A stretch of DNA of 64,000 bases from Rickettsiales bacterium. GTDB taxonomy: Bacteria > Pseudomonadota > Alphaproteobacteria > Rickettsiales > UBA8987. Each line of letters opens with the position of its first letter. Position 1 is the stretch's first letter. The position numbers and the translations under genes are program-made. The notes beneath the pieces were generated by a model. It was not told the origin of the DNA. It saw nothing but the letters and a program-made list of their open reading frames with translations, and made no database searches. Of the stretch, positions 9,920 through 19,858 are shown in pieces. Location: contig JAHDCD010000001.1 in assembly GCA_020630095.1 (NCBI GenBank), positions 133,698 through 197,697 on the forward strand, written 5' to 3'.

Positions 9920-11377
9920 TTAAACGGCAGTACCGCCAACAGTAAGTTTGTCAATCAGCATAGATGGTTGGCCTACGCCTACAGGAACACCTTGACCATC
10001 TTTACCGCAAGTGCCAATACCATGGTCTAGCTCTAGGTCGTTACCGATAGATTTGATTTTCTTCATAACGTCAGGGCCGTTACCAATTAATGTTGCGCCT
10101 TTTACTGGGTGAGTAATTTTACCATCCTCAATCATATAAGTTTCTTGGGCAGAAAATACGAATTTACCAGAGGTAATATCTACCTGACCGCCACCAAAGT
10201 TAACAGCGTAAATACCGCGTTTAGTATTTGCTATCATGTCGGAAACATTGTCGTTACCGGCTAGCATGTAAGTGTTTGTCATTCTAGGCATTGGCTGGTG
10301 TTGGTAGCTTTCGCGGCGTCCGTTACCAGTTGGTTTTACACCCATTAGCCTTGCATTTAGCCTATCTTGCATGAAGCCAGTTAATATACCGTCTTCAATT
10401 AATATGTTATTTGCTGAGGCTGTGCCTTCGTCGTCTACAGTTATTGAACCACGGCGATCTGGCATTGTGCCGTTATCAACTACAGTTACGCCTTTTGAGG
10501 CAACTTGTTTGCCCATTTGGTCGTGGAATATAGATGTTTTCTTGCGGTTGAAGTCGCCTTCTAAGCCGTGACCTACAGCTTCATGTAACATTACACCAGG
10601 CCAGCCATTGCCTAAGATTACAGTCATTTCACCTGCAGGTGATGGTTTGGCCTCTAGATTTACTAGTGCTTGACGAAGTGCTTCGTCAGCTGCTTTTTGC
10701 CAATTGTCGCGCGTTACGAAAGTATCTAATTTTGCTCTACCGCCACAGCCGTATGAGCCAGTTTCTTTTACGCCGTCCTTTTCTACTACAACGGAAATGT
10801 TCATACGAACTAATGGGCGGATATCACCAGTTTCAAAGCCACCTGCTCGGATGATTTTAACTGCTTGCCATTCGCCACCGATAGAACAGCTAACTTGTTT
10901 TACGCGCTCATCTTTTGTGCGCAAGTAATCGTCAATTTCTTTTAAAATATCTACTTTGGCATCAAATGAATATGATGAAATTGGGTTGTCAGGTACATAT
11001 AGCGGGGCAGGCGCTTGACTTGGGTTGCCAACTAAATCTTCAACGCCATTATGGCCACCTTTTACTGAGCGGACAGTTTCTGCCGCGTTACGCATTGATT
11101 GCTCAGTTATGTTAGATGAATGTGCATAGCCAGAAAGTTCGCCCATTACGGAGCGTAAGCCGAAGCCTTGTGTGGTGTTGTATGTTGCGTTTTTTAATAC
11201 GCTGTCATCAAATCCTAAACCTTCGGTTTGGGTGTATTCAAGGAACATCTCGCCATCGTCGAAGCCATCTAGCACATTGTTGGTAATTTTATGCACAGTG
11301 TCGGGTGAAATGTTTTTGTAAAAAATATTATCTAAAATTTCTTTCATAATTAAAATGTGAGCTTTAGTAAGCCCCAC
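9920..11377 (-). CDS. tldD: metalloprotease TldD
   Basis: HEAVGHGLEGD zinc motif, and length and C-terminal GGTAV typical of TldD. Start may be the internal ATG at about 11347 (MKEILDN). Confidence 0.9.
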   Translation of the reverse strand: MGLTKAHILIMKEILDNIFYKNISPDTVHKITNNVLDGFDDGEMFLEYTQTEGLGFDDSVLKNATYNTTQGFGLRSVMGELSGYAHSSNITEQSMRNAAETVRSVKGGHNGVEDLVGNPSQAPAPLYVPDNPISSYSFDAKVDILKEIDDYLRTKDERVKQVSCSIGGEWQAVKIIRAGGFETGDIRPLVRMNISVVVEKDGVKETGSYGCGGRAKLDTFVTRDNWQKAADEALRQALVNLEAKPSPAGEMTVILGNGWPGVMLHEAVGHGLEGDFNRKKTSIFHDQMGKQVASKGVTVVDNGTMPDRRGSITVDDEGTASANNILIEDGILTGFMQDRLNARLMGVKPTGNGRRESYQHQPMPRMTNTYMLAGNDNVSDMIANTKRGIYAVNFGGGQVDITSGKFVFSAQETYMIEDGKITHPVKGATLIGNGPDVMKKIKSIGNDLELDHGIGTCGKDGQGVPVGVGQPSMLIDKLTVGGTAV

Positions 11378-11988
11378 CAGTTAATATTTTGTATAGGAGT
11401 AAACTCGGATGTGCTAGAGTTTTTTACTTTAACTGCGTAGTGGTTAAGGATTTTTCTGAATTTCTTCAATTCTTTGTTTAACTCTAGTTTAGAAGCTTCT
11501 TGTTTAAGTTCTTGAATTTTATTGGATAAATCTTCTTTTTCTAAAATGGCTATGTTCGGGTAGTAGCTACACATGCGATACAGATTTATATAGCCATGTA
11601 ATAGTGTTAATTGATCATTCTTGGATGATATTATTTTAAGAATATTGCCGTATTTTTTAGAGCAGAAACCTTCGAAGTCAGTTTGGTCTTTAAAAGGTTT
11701 TTCGTCTAAAAAGCGTTCATGAGTATCTATTATTTCTAGTAGTAAAGAATAGTCTTTTTCAGTGAAAGTATCCTTCATTTTTTCTATTACATCATGTTTT
11801 TTAATAAGCCCTTCGGTAATTGCTTCGCGCCACCATTGGTAGCGTATCATCCCTATCATTTCTTCAGATGTTTTGTGAGGGATTTGTTCTATCTCATTTA
11901 AAAATAAGCATAAAGCTTCTGATCGTTTTCTTTGTGAGGGTTGTAAGAATAGGCTCCAAATATAATAATCGTAATGGGTATTTTTCAT
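11350..11988 (-). CDS. squalene/phytoene synthase-family protein (non-catalytic alphaproteobacterial type)
   Basis: IRYQWWREAI motif resembles the R.QWWRD signature of this family. Weak overall. Confidence 0.45.
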   Translation of the reverse strand: MKNTHYDYYIWSLFLQPSQRKRSEALCLFLNEIEQIPHKTSEEMIGMIRYQWWREAITEGLIKKHDVIEKMKDTFTEKDYSLLLEIIDTHERFLDEKPFKDQTDFEGFCSKKYGNILKIISSKNDQLTLLHGYINLYRMCSYYPNIAILEKEDLSNKIQELKQEASKLELNKELKKFRKILNHYAVKVKNSSTSEFTPIQNINWWGLLKLTF

Positions 11989-11997
11989 TAGATTAGC

Positions 11998-12225
11998 CTA
12001 AAAAACTTTGAACATAGTGTACATGCCGCCTAAAATTAAACCTATAGAGGTAAGTGCAACCGTTAAGATTCTGTTGTTAATCTCGTGTTTAAGGATTTCT
12101 AGGTCTTTTTTTGTAGAAACACCATCGCCGATATCAGTTATTACATCAACTACTTTTTCAGTAAAGGTATTCCCTTTTACAAGATGCTCAACCGCTGCAT
12201 ATGTATCAAGAATGTGTGTGTTCAT
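11998..12225 (-). CDS. small C-terminally membrane-anchored protein, unknown function
   Basis: 75 aa. Helical N-part plus C-terminal TM LTVALTSIGLILGGMYTMF. Confidence 0.45.
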   Translation of the reverse strand: MNTHILDTYAAVEHLVKGNTFTEKVVDVITDIGDGVSTKKDLEILKHEINNRILTVALTSIGLILGGMYTMFKVF

Positions 12226-12263
12226 TTAATAAATGATAGAGTAAAACTTTATAAAAATCAAGT

Positions 12264-13262
12264 TTATAAGATAATCCAGCTAGCGAGTCCTAGGAAGATA
12301 AAGAATGCGGAAATGTCAGTTATTGTGGTTACAAATACTGAGCTTGCGATTGCTGGGTCTACGCCCATTTTTGATAAGATAAGTGGTGTTAAACCGCCAG
12401 CTAAAGCTGCGAGTATTAGGGCTAGTATCATGGATATGCCGAATACTACTGATAGCATAACATCTGAGTAGAATGCATAACTTGCGCAGAATACTATAAA
12501 GGCAAATATAACGCCATTAATTAGGCCTGTTATAATCTCGCGTTTGATCATTTCAGGGGAGTTTTCTATATCTAACTCCTTGGTTGCTAATGCACGAATT
12601 GCTACTGTAAGCGTTTGCATACCTGCGTTACCAGCCATAGATGCTACGATTGGCATTAGTACTGCTAATGCTACTAGGCGGTCGATATCTGCTTCGAAGA
12701 TTTTAATTACTAATGATGCCGCAATTGCGGTAAGTAAGTTAATTAACAACCAGCTAAAGCGACCTTTTGCTTTTTCGAATGGAGCAGCATCTATATCAGA
12801 TTCTTCACCTACACCGGCCATTAATAGTAAATCTTCTTCGGCTTCATCTTCAGCGATTTCAGCGATATTATCTAGCGTTACAACGCCTAGTACATCATTA
12901 TTATTAGAAACTACCGTTGCAGAGATTAGGCCTTTTTCTTGGAACTCGTATACTAGGTCCTCTTGGTCTGTTTCAGCGGATACTTTGGTTATCTCAGTAT
13001 TCATTATAGTTGAGATATTTTCTTTACGCTCCGAGCGGAGAATTCTTGAAAGCAGTACAGTACCTACCGGTTTTTGGTCTGAATTTAAAACTAGAATATC
13101 ATGAAAATCATCTGAGATATTTTTGTTAGAGCGAAGATAGTCAATTGTTTCACCAACGGTCCAGCCTAGTCCGACAGAGATAAAATCTTTCGTCATAATA
13201 GAACCTGCGGTATTTTCTAAATACGCGTTTAGGTTCTGCTTATTTATAGGCTCAGCCTTCAT
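12264..13262 (-). CDS. mgtE: magnesium transporter MgtE (short form lacking the usual N domain)
   Basis: CBS-pair region followed by the MgtE membrane domain (PIVASMAGNAGMQ, DPAIASSVFVTTITD). Confidence 0.85.
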   Translation of the reverse strand: MKAEPINKQNLNAYLENTAGSIMTKDFISVGLGWTVGETIDYLRSNKNISDDFHDILVLNSDQKPVGTVLLSRILRSERKENISTIMNTEITKVSAETDQEDLVYEFQEKGLISATVVSNNNDVLGVVTLDNIAEIAEDEAEEDLLLMAGVGEESDIDAAPFEKAKGRFSWLLINLLTAIAASLVIKIFEADIDRLVALAVLMPIVASMAGNAGMQTLTVAIRALATKELDIENSPEMIKREIITGLINGVIFAFIVFCASYAFYSDVMLSVVFGISMILALILAALAGGLTPLILSKMGVDPAIASSVFVTTITDISAFFIFLGLASWIIL

Positions 13263-13298
13263 ATAAAATGAAGGAATATAAGGGTTTAGTTGTTTTTG

Positions 13299-13574
13299 CT
13301 AGTTTAAAATATCTTCCATAAGAAGAAATTCTTCCATTGACTGAGGTTCGGATGATGAGATTTCAGAAGGAAGGTTATAAGATAGTGCTATGCCTATAAA
13401 AGTGATCGCGAATGTTGCGACAGCAGCTCTACGTATAAAGAAAAATAGATTGTTTGAAGTTTTATCTTTATTTTTTTGCTGTAGAGATGCCGCAATGATA
13501 CGATCTTCAAGTCCAGCTTTCGCAGGCTCAAACTTACGTTTTTTCAATAGTTTATTTAACGAATTATCGTCCAT
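13299..13574 (-). CDS. putative anti-sigma factor (single-pass membrane protein)
   Basis: 91 aa, one TM (AAVATFAITFIGIAL), immediately downstream of the ECF sigma gene. Assignment is by context only. Confidence 0.4.
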   Translation of the reverse strand: MDDNSLNKLLKKRKFEPAKAGLEDRIIAASLQQKNKDKTSNNLFFFIRRAAVATFAITFIGIALSYNLPSEISSSEPQSMEEFLLMEDILN

Positions 13575-13599
13575 ATATTATATTAGTACTGTTTAAAAT

Positions 13600-14157
13600 C
13601 TAATTCCCTTCGCCTTGCGCGACTAATTCTTTTAATTTTTTCTTTGCTCTCATTAATAGGCTTTCTAAGGCTTTTACGCCAACGCCTACAACATCGGCGG
13701 CTTCCTTATTTGAAAGTCCTTCATAAAAAGTTAAGTTTATAGCAAGTGCCTGATTTTCAGGAAGGGTTGCTATCATATCTTCAATTTGTCCTTGTAAAGT
13801 TTCCTTCTCAATGTCAACTGAGGTGTCAGCAAACTGTACATCTTCCATCATTGGAAGGGGCTTTTTCTTCTTAATATAATCTAAGCACATATTAGATACA
13901 ACTCGATAGAACCAAGTGGTAAATTTTGCAGCTTTTTCAGGGTTGTATATAGCCTTCTTGCTCCATAACTTTAGGAATGCTTCTTGGGTGATTTCTTCGG
14001 AAATATCTGGATCGCGAACGTAGCGATAGCATAGTGAATAGAACTTCTGAGAGTGGCGCTGAATAAGCATGGCAAAAGCAGGGTGGTTATCCTCTTCTTG
14101 AGCTAATTTGATTAGCTCTTCGTCTTTTAATTCGCTTATGTTGTTAGTTTTAGCCAC
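13600..14157 (-). CDS. ECF-type RNA polymerase sigma factor
   Basis: Sigma-70 region 2 (YRYVRDPDISEEITQEAFLKLW) and region 4 (LSNKEAADVVGVGVKALESLLMRAKKKL). GTG start. Confidence 0.85.
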   Translation of the reverse strand: MAKTNNISELKDEELIKLAQEEDNHPAFAMLIQRHSQKFYSLCYRYVRDPDISEEITQEAFLKLWSKKAIYNPEKAAKFTTWFYRVVSNMCLDYIKKKKPLPMMEDVQFADTSVDIEKETLQGQIEDMIATLPENQALAINLTFYEGLSNKEAADVVGVGVKALESLLMRAKKKLKELVAQGEGN

Positions 14158-14201
14158 TTTATGACTTTACTAACAGTTTTTTTGTAAATAAAACTAAAAA
14201 T

Positions 14202-16022
14202 ATGTCTTTATTTGGTGACCCACTCAAAAAAACTAGTTTTCCTGCAGCTAACAATAGTGCGGCGGGGCAGCAGGTTGCCGAAAATAATTCGGAATTAAAA
14301 GATCAAGAACCTAATGCGAGTGTTAAAAATGCTAAGTCAGATTATGCATCGCTTGGTGAGCAGTTAGTTAAGCAAAATCTTATTACTCCGGATCAATTGG
14401 AAATTGCTAAGAAAGTGCAGCGCGAAACTGGTGGTGCGCAAATGATTGGTAATATTCTGGTAGAGATGGGCTTCATTACGGAGCATACTTTATCGGAAGT
14501 TTTAAGTACCGATAAAGGGATTGATACTTTTGACCCTTCAAATTCAATAGTAGACCCTGATATTGTTAAGCTTGTGCCTAAGGAGCTTGCAATGAACTTT
14601 AGGGCGGTGCCGATATCATCTGAAGATAATAAGATATATCTGGCGATGGTAGATATATATGATGTTGTTGCGCTTGATCGCTTGAAGATGCATCTGCCGG
14701 CGGAAAGTAAGATTGTGCCAATGCAATGTTCGCAAGCGGCACTTTCTGATCTGATTGATAATTACTATGAGTATGAATTATCGATTGATGGTATTTTGCG
14801 CGAGATTGAGCATTTGAATCGTGATGAGCTTGTTAAGCAGGCGTCTAACGAACAAAGTTACGTTAACCCAACGGTGCGTTTATTGGATGCGATTTTAATT
14901 GATGCGATTAGGCAAGGCGCATCGGATATTCACTTTGAGCCGGAGGGGGTTTTCGTAAGAGTTAGGTATCGTATTGATGGGCATTTAGTGCTTATCCGTT
15001 CATTCCATATTGATTATTGGAGTGCGGTGGTTGTGCGTATTAAGATTATTTCAGGCATGAATATTGCTGAAACTAGATTGCCTCAGGATGGTAGAATAGG
15101 GTATCAAGTATTGGGTCGCGAGATCGACTTCCGTGTATCTACTCAGCCAACTATTGATGGTGAGAACGTGGTAATGCGTATTCTTGATAAGAAGAATTCC
15201 TTATTGCCAATGGCTAAGCTTGGTTTAAGTAAAAAGAATATTGAGCGCTTGCAAAAAGCGATGAGTAAGCCGGAAGGAATTGTGGTTGTAACTGGTCCTA
15301 CTGGTTCTGGTAAAACGACAACTCTATATTCAATTCTTTCAGAAATTAATGATCTTTCGATTAATATTATGACCTTGGAGGATCCGGTAGAGTATCGCTT
15401 GCCGATGATTAGACAGTCTAATATTAGAGCGCAAGGTGGTATGGATTTCGCTGGTGGTATTAAGGCGGCGTTAAGGCAGGATCCGGACGTGATATTTGTA
15501 GGTGAGGTGCGTGATAATGAAACGGCAACGCTTGCTATGCGTGCTTCGATGACTGGTCATAAAGTATTTACATCACTGCATACAAATGATGCAATTGGTG
15601 CGATAACACGTTTAATCGATATTGGTTGTAATCCGCGTGTATTATCAGAAAATATTGTTGCAGTAATTGCGCAAAGGTTAATTAGAAAGCTTTGTGATAA
15701 TTGTAAAGCTACGCGTGATTCCACAATTAAAGAAAGGCAAATTCTTGGTGATGATGTGCAAACTGTTTATGCTCCTGAAGGTTGTAAAGAATGTGGCGGG
15801 CGTGGTTATAAAGGGCGTTTAGCGGTTACAGAAATTATCTTAATTGATGAGCATTTAACAGAGATGATTGGTAGTCAGGCATCTAAAGGGCAGATGATGA
15901 AATATATTAAAGAGAATACGGGCTTTATTTCTATGGCTTTAGATGGTTTGCAGAAGGTGCGTGATGGTGTAACTGATATTAAAGAGTTAGCGCGTTGTGT
16001 AGATATTACCGACAGGATGTAG
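14202..16022 (+). CDS. GspE/PilB-family secretion ATPase
   Basis: T2SSE_N-like N-terminal domain, Walker A GPTGSGKTTT, Asp box, Walker B DPDVIFVGEVRD, His box, tetracysteine CDNC...CKECGG. Confidence 0.85.
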   Translation: MSLFGDPLKKTSFPAANNSAAGQQVAENNSELKDQEPNASVKNAKSDYASLGEQLVKQNLITPDQLEIAKKVQRETGGAQMIGNILVEMGFITEHTLSEVLSTDKGIDTFDPSNSIVDPDIVKLVPKELAMNFRAVPISSEDNKIYLAMVDIYDVVALDRLKMHLPAESKIVPMQCSQAALSDLIDNYYEYELSIDGILREIEHLNRDELVKQASNEQSYVNPTVRLLDAILIDAIRQGASDIHFEPEGVFVRVRYRIDGHLVLIRSFHIDYWSAVVVRIKIISGMNIAETRLPQDGRIGYQVLGREIDFRVSTQPTIDGENVVMRILDKKNSLLPMAKLGLSKKNIERLQKAMSKPEGIVVVTGPTGSGKTTTLYSILSEINDLSINIMTLEDPVEYRLPMIRQSNIRAQGGMDFAGGIKAALRQDPDVIFVGEVRDNETATLAMRASMTGHKVFTSLHTNDAIGAITRLIDIGCNPRVLSENIVAVIAQRLIRKLCDNCKATRDSTIKERQILGDDVQTVYAPEGCKECGGRGYKGRLAVTEIILIDEHLTEMIGSQASKGQMMKYIKENTGFISMALDGLQKVRDGVTDIKELARCVDITDRM

Positions 16023-17024
16023 ATGAAAAAGAATGTTATATTTATGGGGAGTCCTGATTTTGCGGTGCCAGCGTTGCAGGCTCTTATTGATGATTCCGGT
16101 ATAGAGGTTATTGCGTGTTTTTCTCAGCCGCCGCGTGAGGCTAATAGGGGGAAGAAAATCACTAAAACGCCTATTCATAAATTAGCAGAGGCGAATGATA
16201 TTGAAGTTCACACGCCTGTGAAGCTTAAAAACGTCATTCCTGCGTCTTATTTTGAATCTTTTAAGCATACGCAGGATGCGTCATTCGCCGACTTGATCGG
16301 CGAATCTAGAAATTGGACTATGGATTCGCCGATCAAGTCGGCGAATGACAAGTTAATTATTAAGGGTAATGTCACTTATATAAACTTGGTTGAATCTATG
16401 AAGCCGGATTTTATTTGTGTTGCGGCATATGGTTTAATATTACCAAAGAGCTTTTTAGACATTGCACCTTGTTTGAATATTCATCCATCTAAGTTGCCAA
16501 GATGGCGCGGTGCTGCGCCTATTCAGCGTACTATTATGGCAGGTGATACAGAAACTTCATGTTGTATTATGGATATGGATGTTGGATTAGATACTGGCGA
16601 TATTTTAATCGAAGAGGATTATAATATTCCGGCGAATTATACGGCGGGTGAATTGCATGATTACATGGCAAGTAAAGGTGGTGAGCTTTTATTAAAGGTA
16701 ATTGAAGGTTATAAAAATATTACTCCGCGTAAGCAATCGGAGCAGGGAGTTACGTATGCCCATAAAATTAAAAAATCTGATACTGAATTGAAGCTAGATG
16801 AGATTACGGCAGATGAAGCTAGAAATTTAATATTAGGTTTATCGCCGTATCCTGCGGCATGGGTTATGCATAATGAAAAACGTTTAAAGATATTAGCGTT
16901 ATCAAGTGAAGATGAAGGGGTTTCATTAGACTGTAAAGTTGGTTCTATTTATCCATCTTTAGTTCAGCCAGAGGGTAAAAAGCCAATGGATATAAAGGCT
17001 TATCTTAACGGCTTGCGTAGTTAA
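16023..17024 (+). CDS. fmt: methionyl-tRNA formyltransferase (with 39-codon palindromic-element insertion)
   Basis: FMGSPDFAVPAL, HPSKLPRWRGAAPIQR, MDVGLDTGD. The ATG directly follows the stop of the ATPase gene (TAGATG). Confidence 0.9.
   Translation: MKKNVIFMGSPDFAVPALQALIDDSGIEVIACFSQPPREANRGKKITKTPIHKLAEANDIEVHTPVKLKNVIPASYFESFKHTQDASFADLIGESRNWTMDSPIKSANDKLIIKGNVTYINLVESMKPDFICVAAYGLILPKSFLDIAPCLNIHPSKLPRWRGAAPIQRTIMAGDTETSCCIMDMDVGLDTGDILIEEDYNIPANYTAGELHDYMASKGGELLLKVIEGYKNITPRKQSEQGVTYAHKIKKSDTELKLDEITADEARNLILGLSPYPAAWVMHNEKRLKILALSSEDEGVSLDCKVGSIYPSLVQPEGKKPMDIKAYLNGLRS
16233..16349. repeat. two adjacent GTCATT...AATGAC nested-palindrome elements inside fmt, in frame
   Basis: Element 2 (16280-16349, 70 bp) has perfect 27-bp arms gtcattcgccgacttgatcggcgaatc / gattcgccgatcaagtcggcgaatgac. 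Element 1 (16233-16279) has arms gtcattcctgcgt / acgcaggatg. Total 117 bp = 39 codons, no stop. Confidence 0.85.
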
Positions 17025-17038
17025 ATTTTTGCGCCATT

Positions 17039-19240
17039 ATGGATCGGATATCCATGAATTCATTAGTAGAAAAATTAAATCAGGCGCAGGCGGATGCGGT
17101 ACTTAATATTGACGGGCCTTCGTTAGTGCTTGCTGGTGCAGGTACTGGTAAAACGCGAGTGCTTACATCTAAAATAGCGAATATTTTAAGTAATGAAAAA
17201 GCGTACCCATCGCAAATTCTTGCTGTTACCTTTACCAATAAAGCTGCGCGTGAAATGAATGAGCGTATTCATTCCCTAGTGGGTGATGTTGCGGCTGGAT
17301 TATGGATAGGTACTTTTCATTCGCTTTCGCTTCGTATTATTAACAAAAATTTAGGTGAACTTGGTTTTGAATCGGGTTTTTCAATTGTGGATTCGGCGGA
17401 TAGTTTACGCGTTGTTAAAGATATAATGGCCGCCGGTGGTTGGGATACGAAAAAGCATGCACCTAAGCTTGTTGCGGGTGTAATATCTTCATGGAAAGAT
17501 TTAGCATTAACACCGAATAAAGTGCCAGCAGAAGATCCGTATAAGGAGTATTTGGATATTTATACGAAGTATCAGGCGCGCTTAAAGCAGGGTAATGCTA
17601 TGGATTTTGGCGATTTACTATTGCATGCGGTTAGCTTGCTGCAGAAGAATCCTGAAATATTTAAATATTATAATAATAAGTTTCGTTATGTGTTGGTTGA
17701 TGAGTATCAAGATACCAACGTAGCGCAATATTTGTGGTTACGTTTATTAACTGCACCTAAGCCGGACCAATATGGCGAGTTAAAATCTAATATCACTTGC
17801 GTTGGCGATGATGACCAGGCAATTTATGGTTGGCGTGGCGCTCAGGTGGAAAATATATTACGTTTTGAGAAAGATTTTGAGGGTGCGCAGGTTACGCGCT
17901 TGGAAGAGAATTATCGCTCAACACCGTATATTTTAGATTGCGCTGATGCCGTGATATCTAATAATTCCAATAGATTGGGTAAAAAGCTTTATTCTCAGTA
18001 TAAAGATGGTGAGAAGGTGCGTATATTATCTGTTTGGGATGATAGGTCTGAGGCGCGATATATTGCTGATGAAATTTCGCGTGTGGATGAGTTTAAGGAA
18101 ACAGCGGTTTTAGTTAGGTCATCTTCGCAGACTCGTTTGTTTGAGGAGCAGTTTTTAGCAAAGCAAATTCCATATCAAGTTATTGGTGGTTTGCGCTTCT
18201 ATGAGCGCGCAGAAATTAAGGATGCGATTGCGTATATCCGCTCTATCATTACTCCGGGGAATGATCTTGCTTTTGAGCGTATTATTAATACTCCAAAACG
18301 CGGTATTGGTGGTAAAACAGTTGATAAAATTCGTTTAAATGCGCAAGCTAATGAGTTCCGCGGGCAGATATCTGTTCAGCAATCTGTGCTTGAAATGGCT
18401 AATGCTAAGGCGCTACGCGGTAAAGGTGCTGAAGAGCTTAAATTTACGATATCTAAGTTTGAAAATTGGCGTAAAGATTTTAAATCTAAACCGCATGCTG
18501 AAGTGGTGGATAATATCTTAAAAGGTGTTGGTTATATTAATATGCTACGTCAAGAGCGTACTGAAGAGGCTAACGGGCGCATTGAAAATTTAAATGAACT
18601 TATTAAGGCGCTCGAAGAGTTTGATGATATTCATCATTTCTTAGATCATGTTGCGCTAGTTTCTGATGCGGACACTTTGGAGGATAGAGATTTAGTTTCC
18701 GTAATGACCATTCATGCGGCGAAAGGTTTGGAATTTAATAATGTTTATCTACCGGGTTGGGAAGAGGGGAATTTTCCTTCGCAACGTGCCATTGATGATG
18801 GTGGTAAAAATAGTTTAGAAGAGGAGCGTCGTTTAGCTTATGTGGCAATAACTCGAGCGCGTAAATCTTTGATGATATCTTATGCCTCTAATCGTTTTGT
18901 ATTTGGTTCGGTTATGTCTAGTATGCCATCGCGCTTTATAAAAGAGCTTGATGAAAGTGCTTGCGAAGTAATTGAAGGTGCGGGCGGTATAGATTTGAAT
19001 GCCTCAAACAGGTTGGTTTCTAATTTAGAAGTTGGCGCGATGAATAGAATGTCCGATTCATCTAGGGGGTCATCTTATAATGAGGCATCTTCTGCCGGTG
19101 CATTTAATATTGGCTCGCGCGTGTTCCATCAGAAATTTGGTTATGGCTTAGTTACGGATGTTCAAGGAAATAATATCCGCGTTAGCTTTGATAGCGCTGG
19201 TTCAAAATTATTAGTTAAAGATTATCTTAAACGTGCTTAA
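17039..19240 (+). CDS. uvrD: UvrD/PcrA-family ATP-dependent DNA helicase
   Basis: AGAGTGKT Walker A, DEYQDTN, VGDDDQAIYGWRGA, TIHAAKGLEF, RRLAYVAITRA. Confidence 0.92.
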   Translation: MDRISMNSLVEKLNQAQADAVLNIDGPSLVLAGAGTGKTRVLTSKIANILSNEKAYPSQILAVTFTNKAAREMNERIHSLVGDVAAGLWIGTFHSLSLRIINKNLGELGFESGFSIVDSADSLRVVKDIMAAGGWDTKKHAPKLVAGVISSWKDLALTPNKVPAEDPYKEYLDIYTKYQARLKQGNAMDFGDLLLHAVSLLQKNPEIFKYYNNKFRYVLVDEYQDTNVAQYLWLRLLTAPKPDQYGELKSNITCVGDDDQAIYGWRGAQVENILRFEKDFEGAQVTRLEENYRSTPYILDCADAVISNNSNRLGKKLYSQYKDGEKVRILSVWDDRSEARYIADEISRVDEFKETAVLVRSSSQTRLFEEQFLAKQIPYQVIGGLRFYERAEIKDAIAYIRSIITPGNDLAFERIINTPKRGIGGKTVDKIRLNAQANEFRGQISVQQSVLEMANAKALRGKGAEELKFTISKFENWRKDFKSKPHAEVVDNILKGVGYINMLRQERTEEANGRIENLNELIKALEEFDDIHHFLDHVALVSDADTLEDRDLVSVMTIHAAKGLEFNNVYLPGWEEGNFPSQRAIDDGGKNSLEEERRLAYVAITRARKSLMISYASNRFVFGSVMSSMPSRFIKELDESACEVIEGAGGIDLNASNRLVSNLEVGAMNRMSDSSRGSSYNEASSAGAFNIGSRVFHQKFGYGLVTDVQGNNIRVSFDSAGSKLLVKDYLKRA

Positions 19241-19251
19241 TAAATATAATT

Positions 19252-19809
19252 CTAAACAGTCATAATGTCGGCTTCTTTTTCTTTATAAATCTCATCAGCT
19301 TTAGCTATGATAGCATCGGTTAGTTTTTGAGCCTCGTCTGATTCAGAGTGCATTTCATCTTCAGTTAGGTCGCCGTCATTTTTTCCTTTCTTAATGGCAT
19401 CCATTAAGTCTTTACGAATGTTACGGATAGAGATTTTACAATCTTCTAAAAAGCCACTACCCATTTTTACAAGCTCTTTACGACGCTCTTCGGTAAGGTC
19501 AGGAATTGGTAAGCGAACTAGCTCGCCAGAGGTTGCAGGGTTTAAGCCTAGGTTTGAATCTAGGACGGCTTTTTCAACTGCTTGTACATTGCCCTTATCC
19601 CAAACTTGTACGTTAATACAACGTGGTTCAGGAACGGAAATTGTTGCAACTTGGCTAAGTGGCATCATTGAGCCGTAAACATTTACCTTTAAATTATCAA
19701 CTAGACCAGCAGATGCTCTACCTGTACGTAAACCGGCAAGGTTGCTTTTGAACGCATCTAGTGATTTGTTCATTCTGTCTTCAAAATCTTTATGGTTTAG
19801 TATTGGCAT
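19252..19809 (-). CDS. frr: ribosome recycling factor
   Basis: 185 aa. LAGLRTGRAS, IPDLTEERRKELVK typical of Frr. Confidence 0.95.
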   Translation of the reverse strand: MPILNHKDFEDRMNKSLDAFKSNLAGLRTGRASAGLVDNLKVNVYGSMMPLSQVATISVPEPRCINVQVWDKGNVQAVEKAVLDSNLGLNPATSGELVRLPIPDLTEERRKELVKMGSGFLEDCKISIRNIRKDLMDAIKKGKNDGDLTEDEMHSESDEAQKLTDAIIAKADEIYKEKEADIMTV

Positions 19810-19858
19810 GATGTTTTATTTTCTGGAAGTGTGTTTTTATATTATTAATTAAAATATT

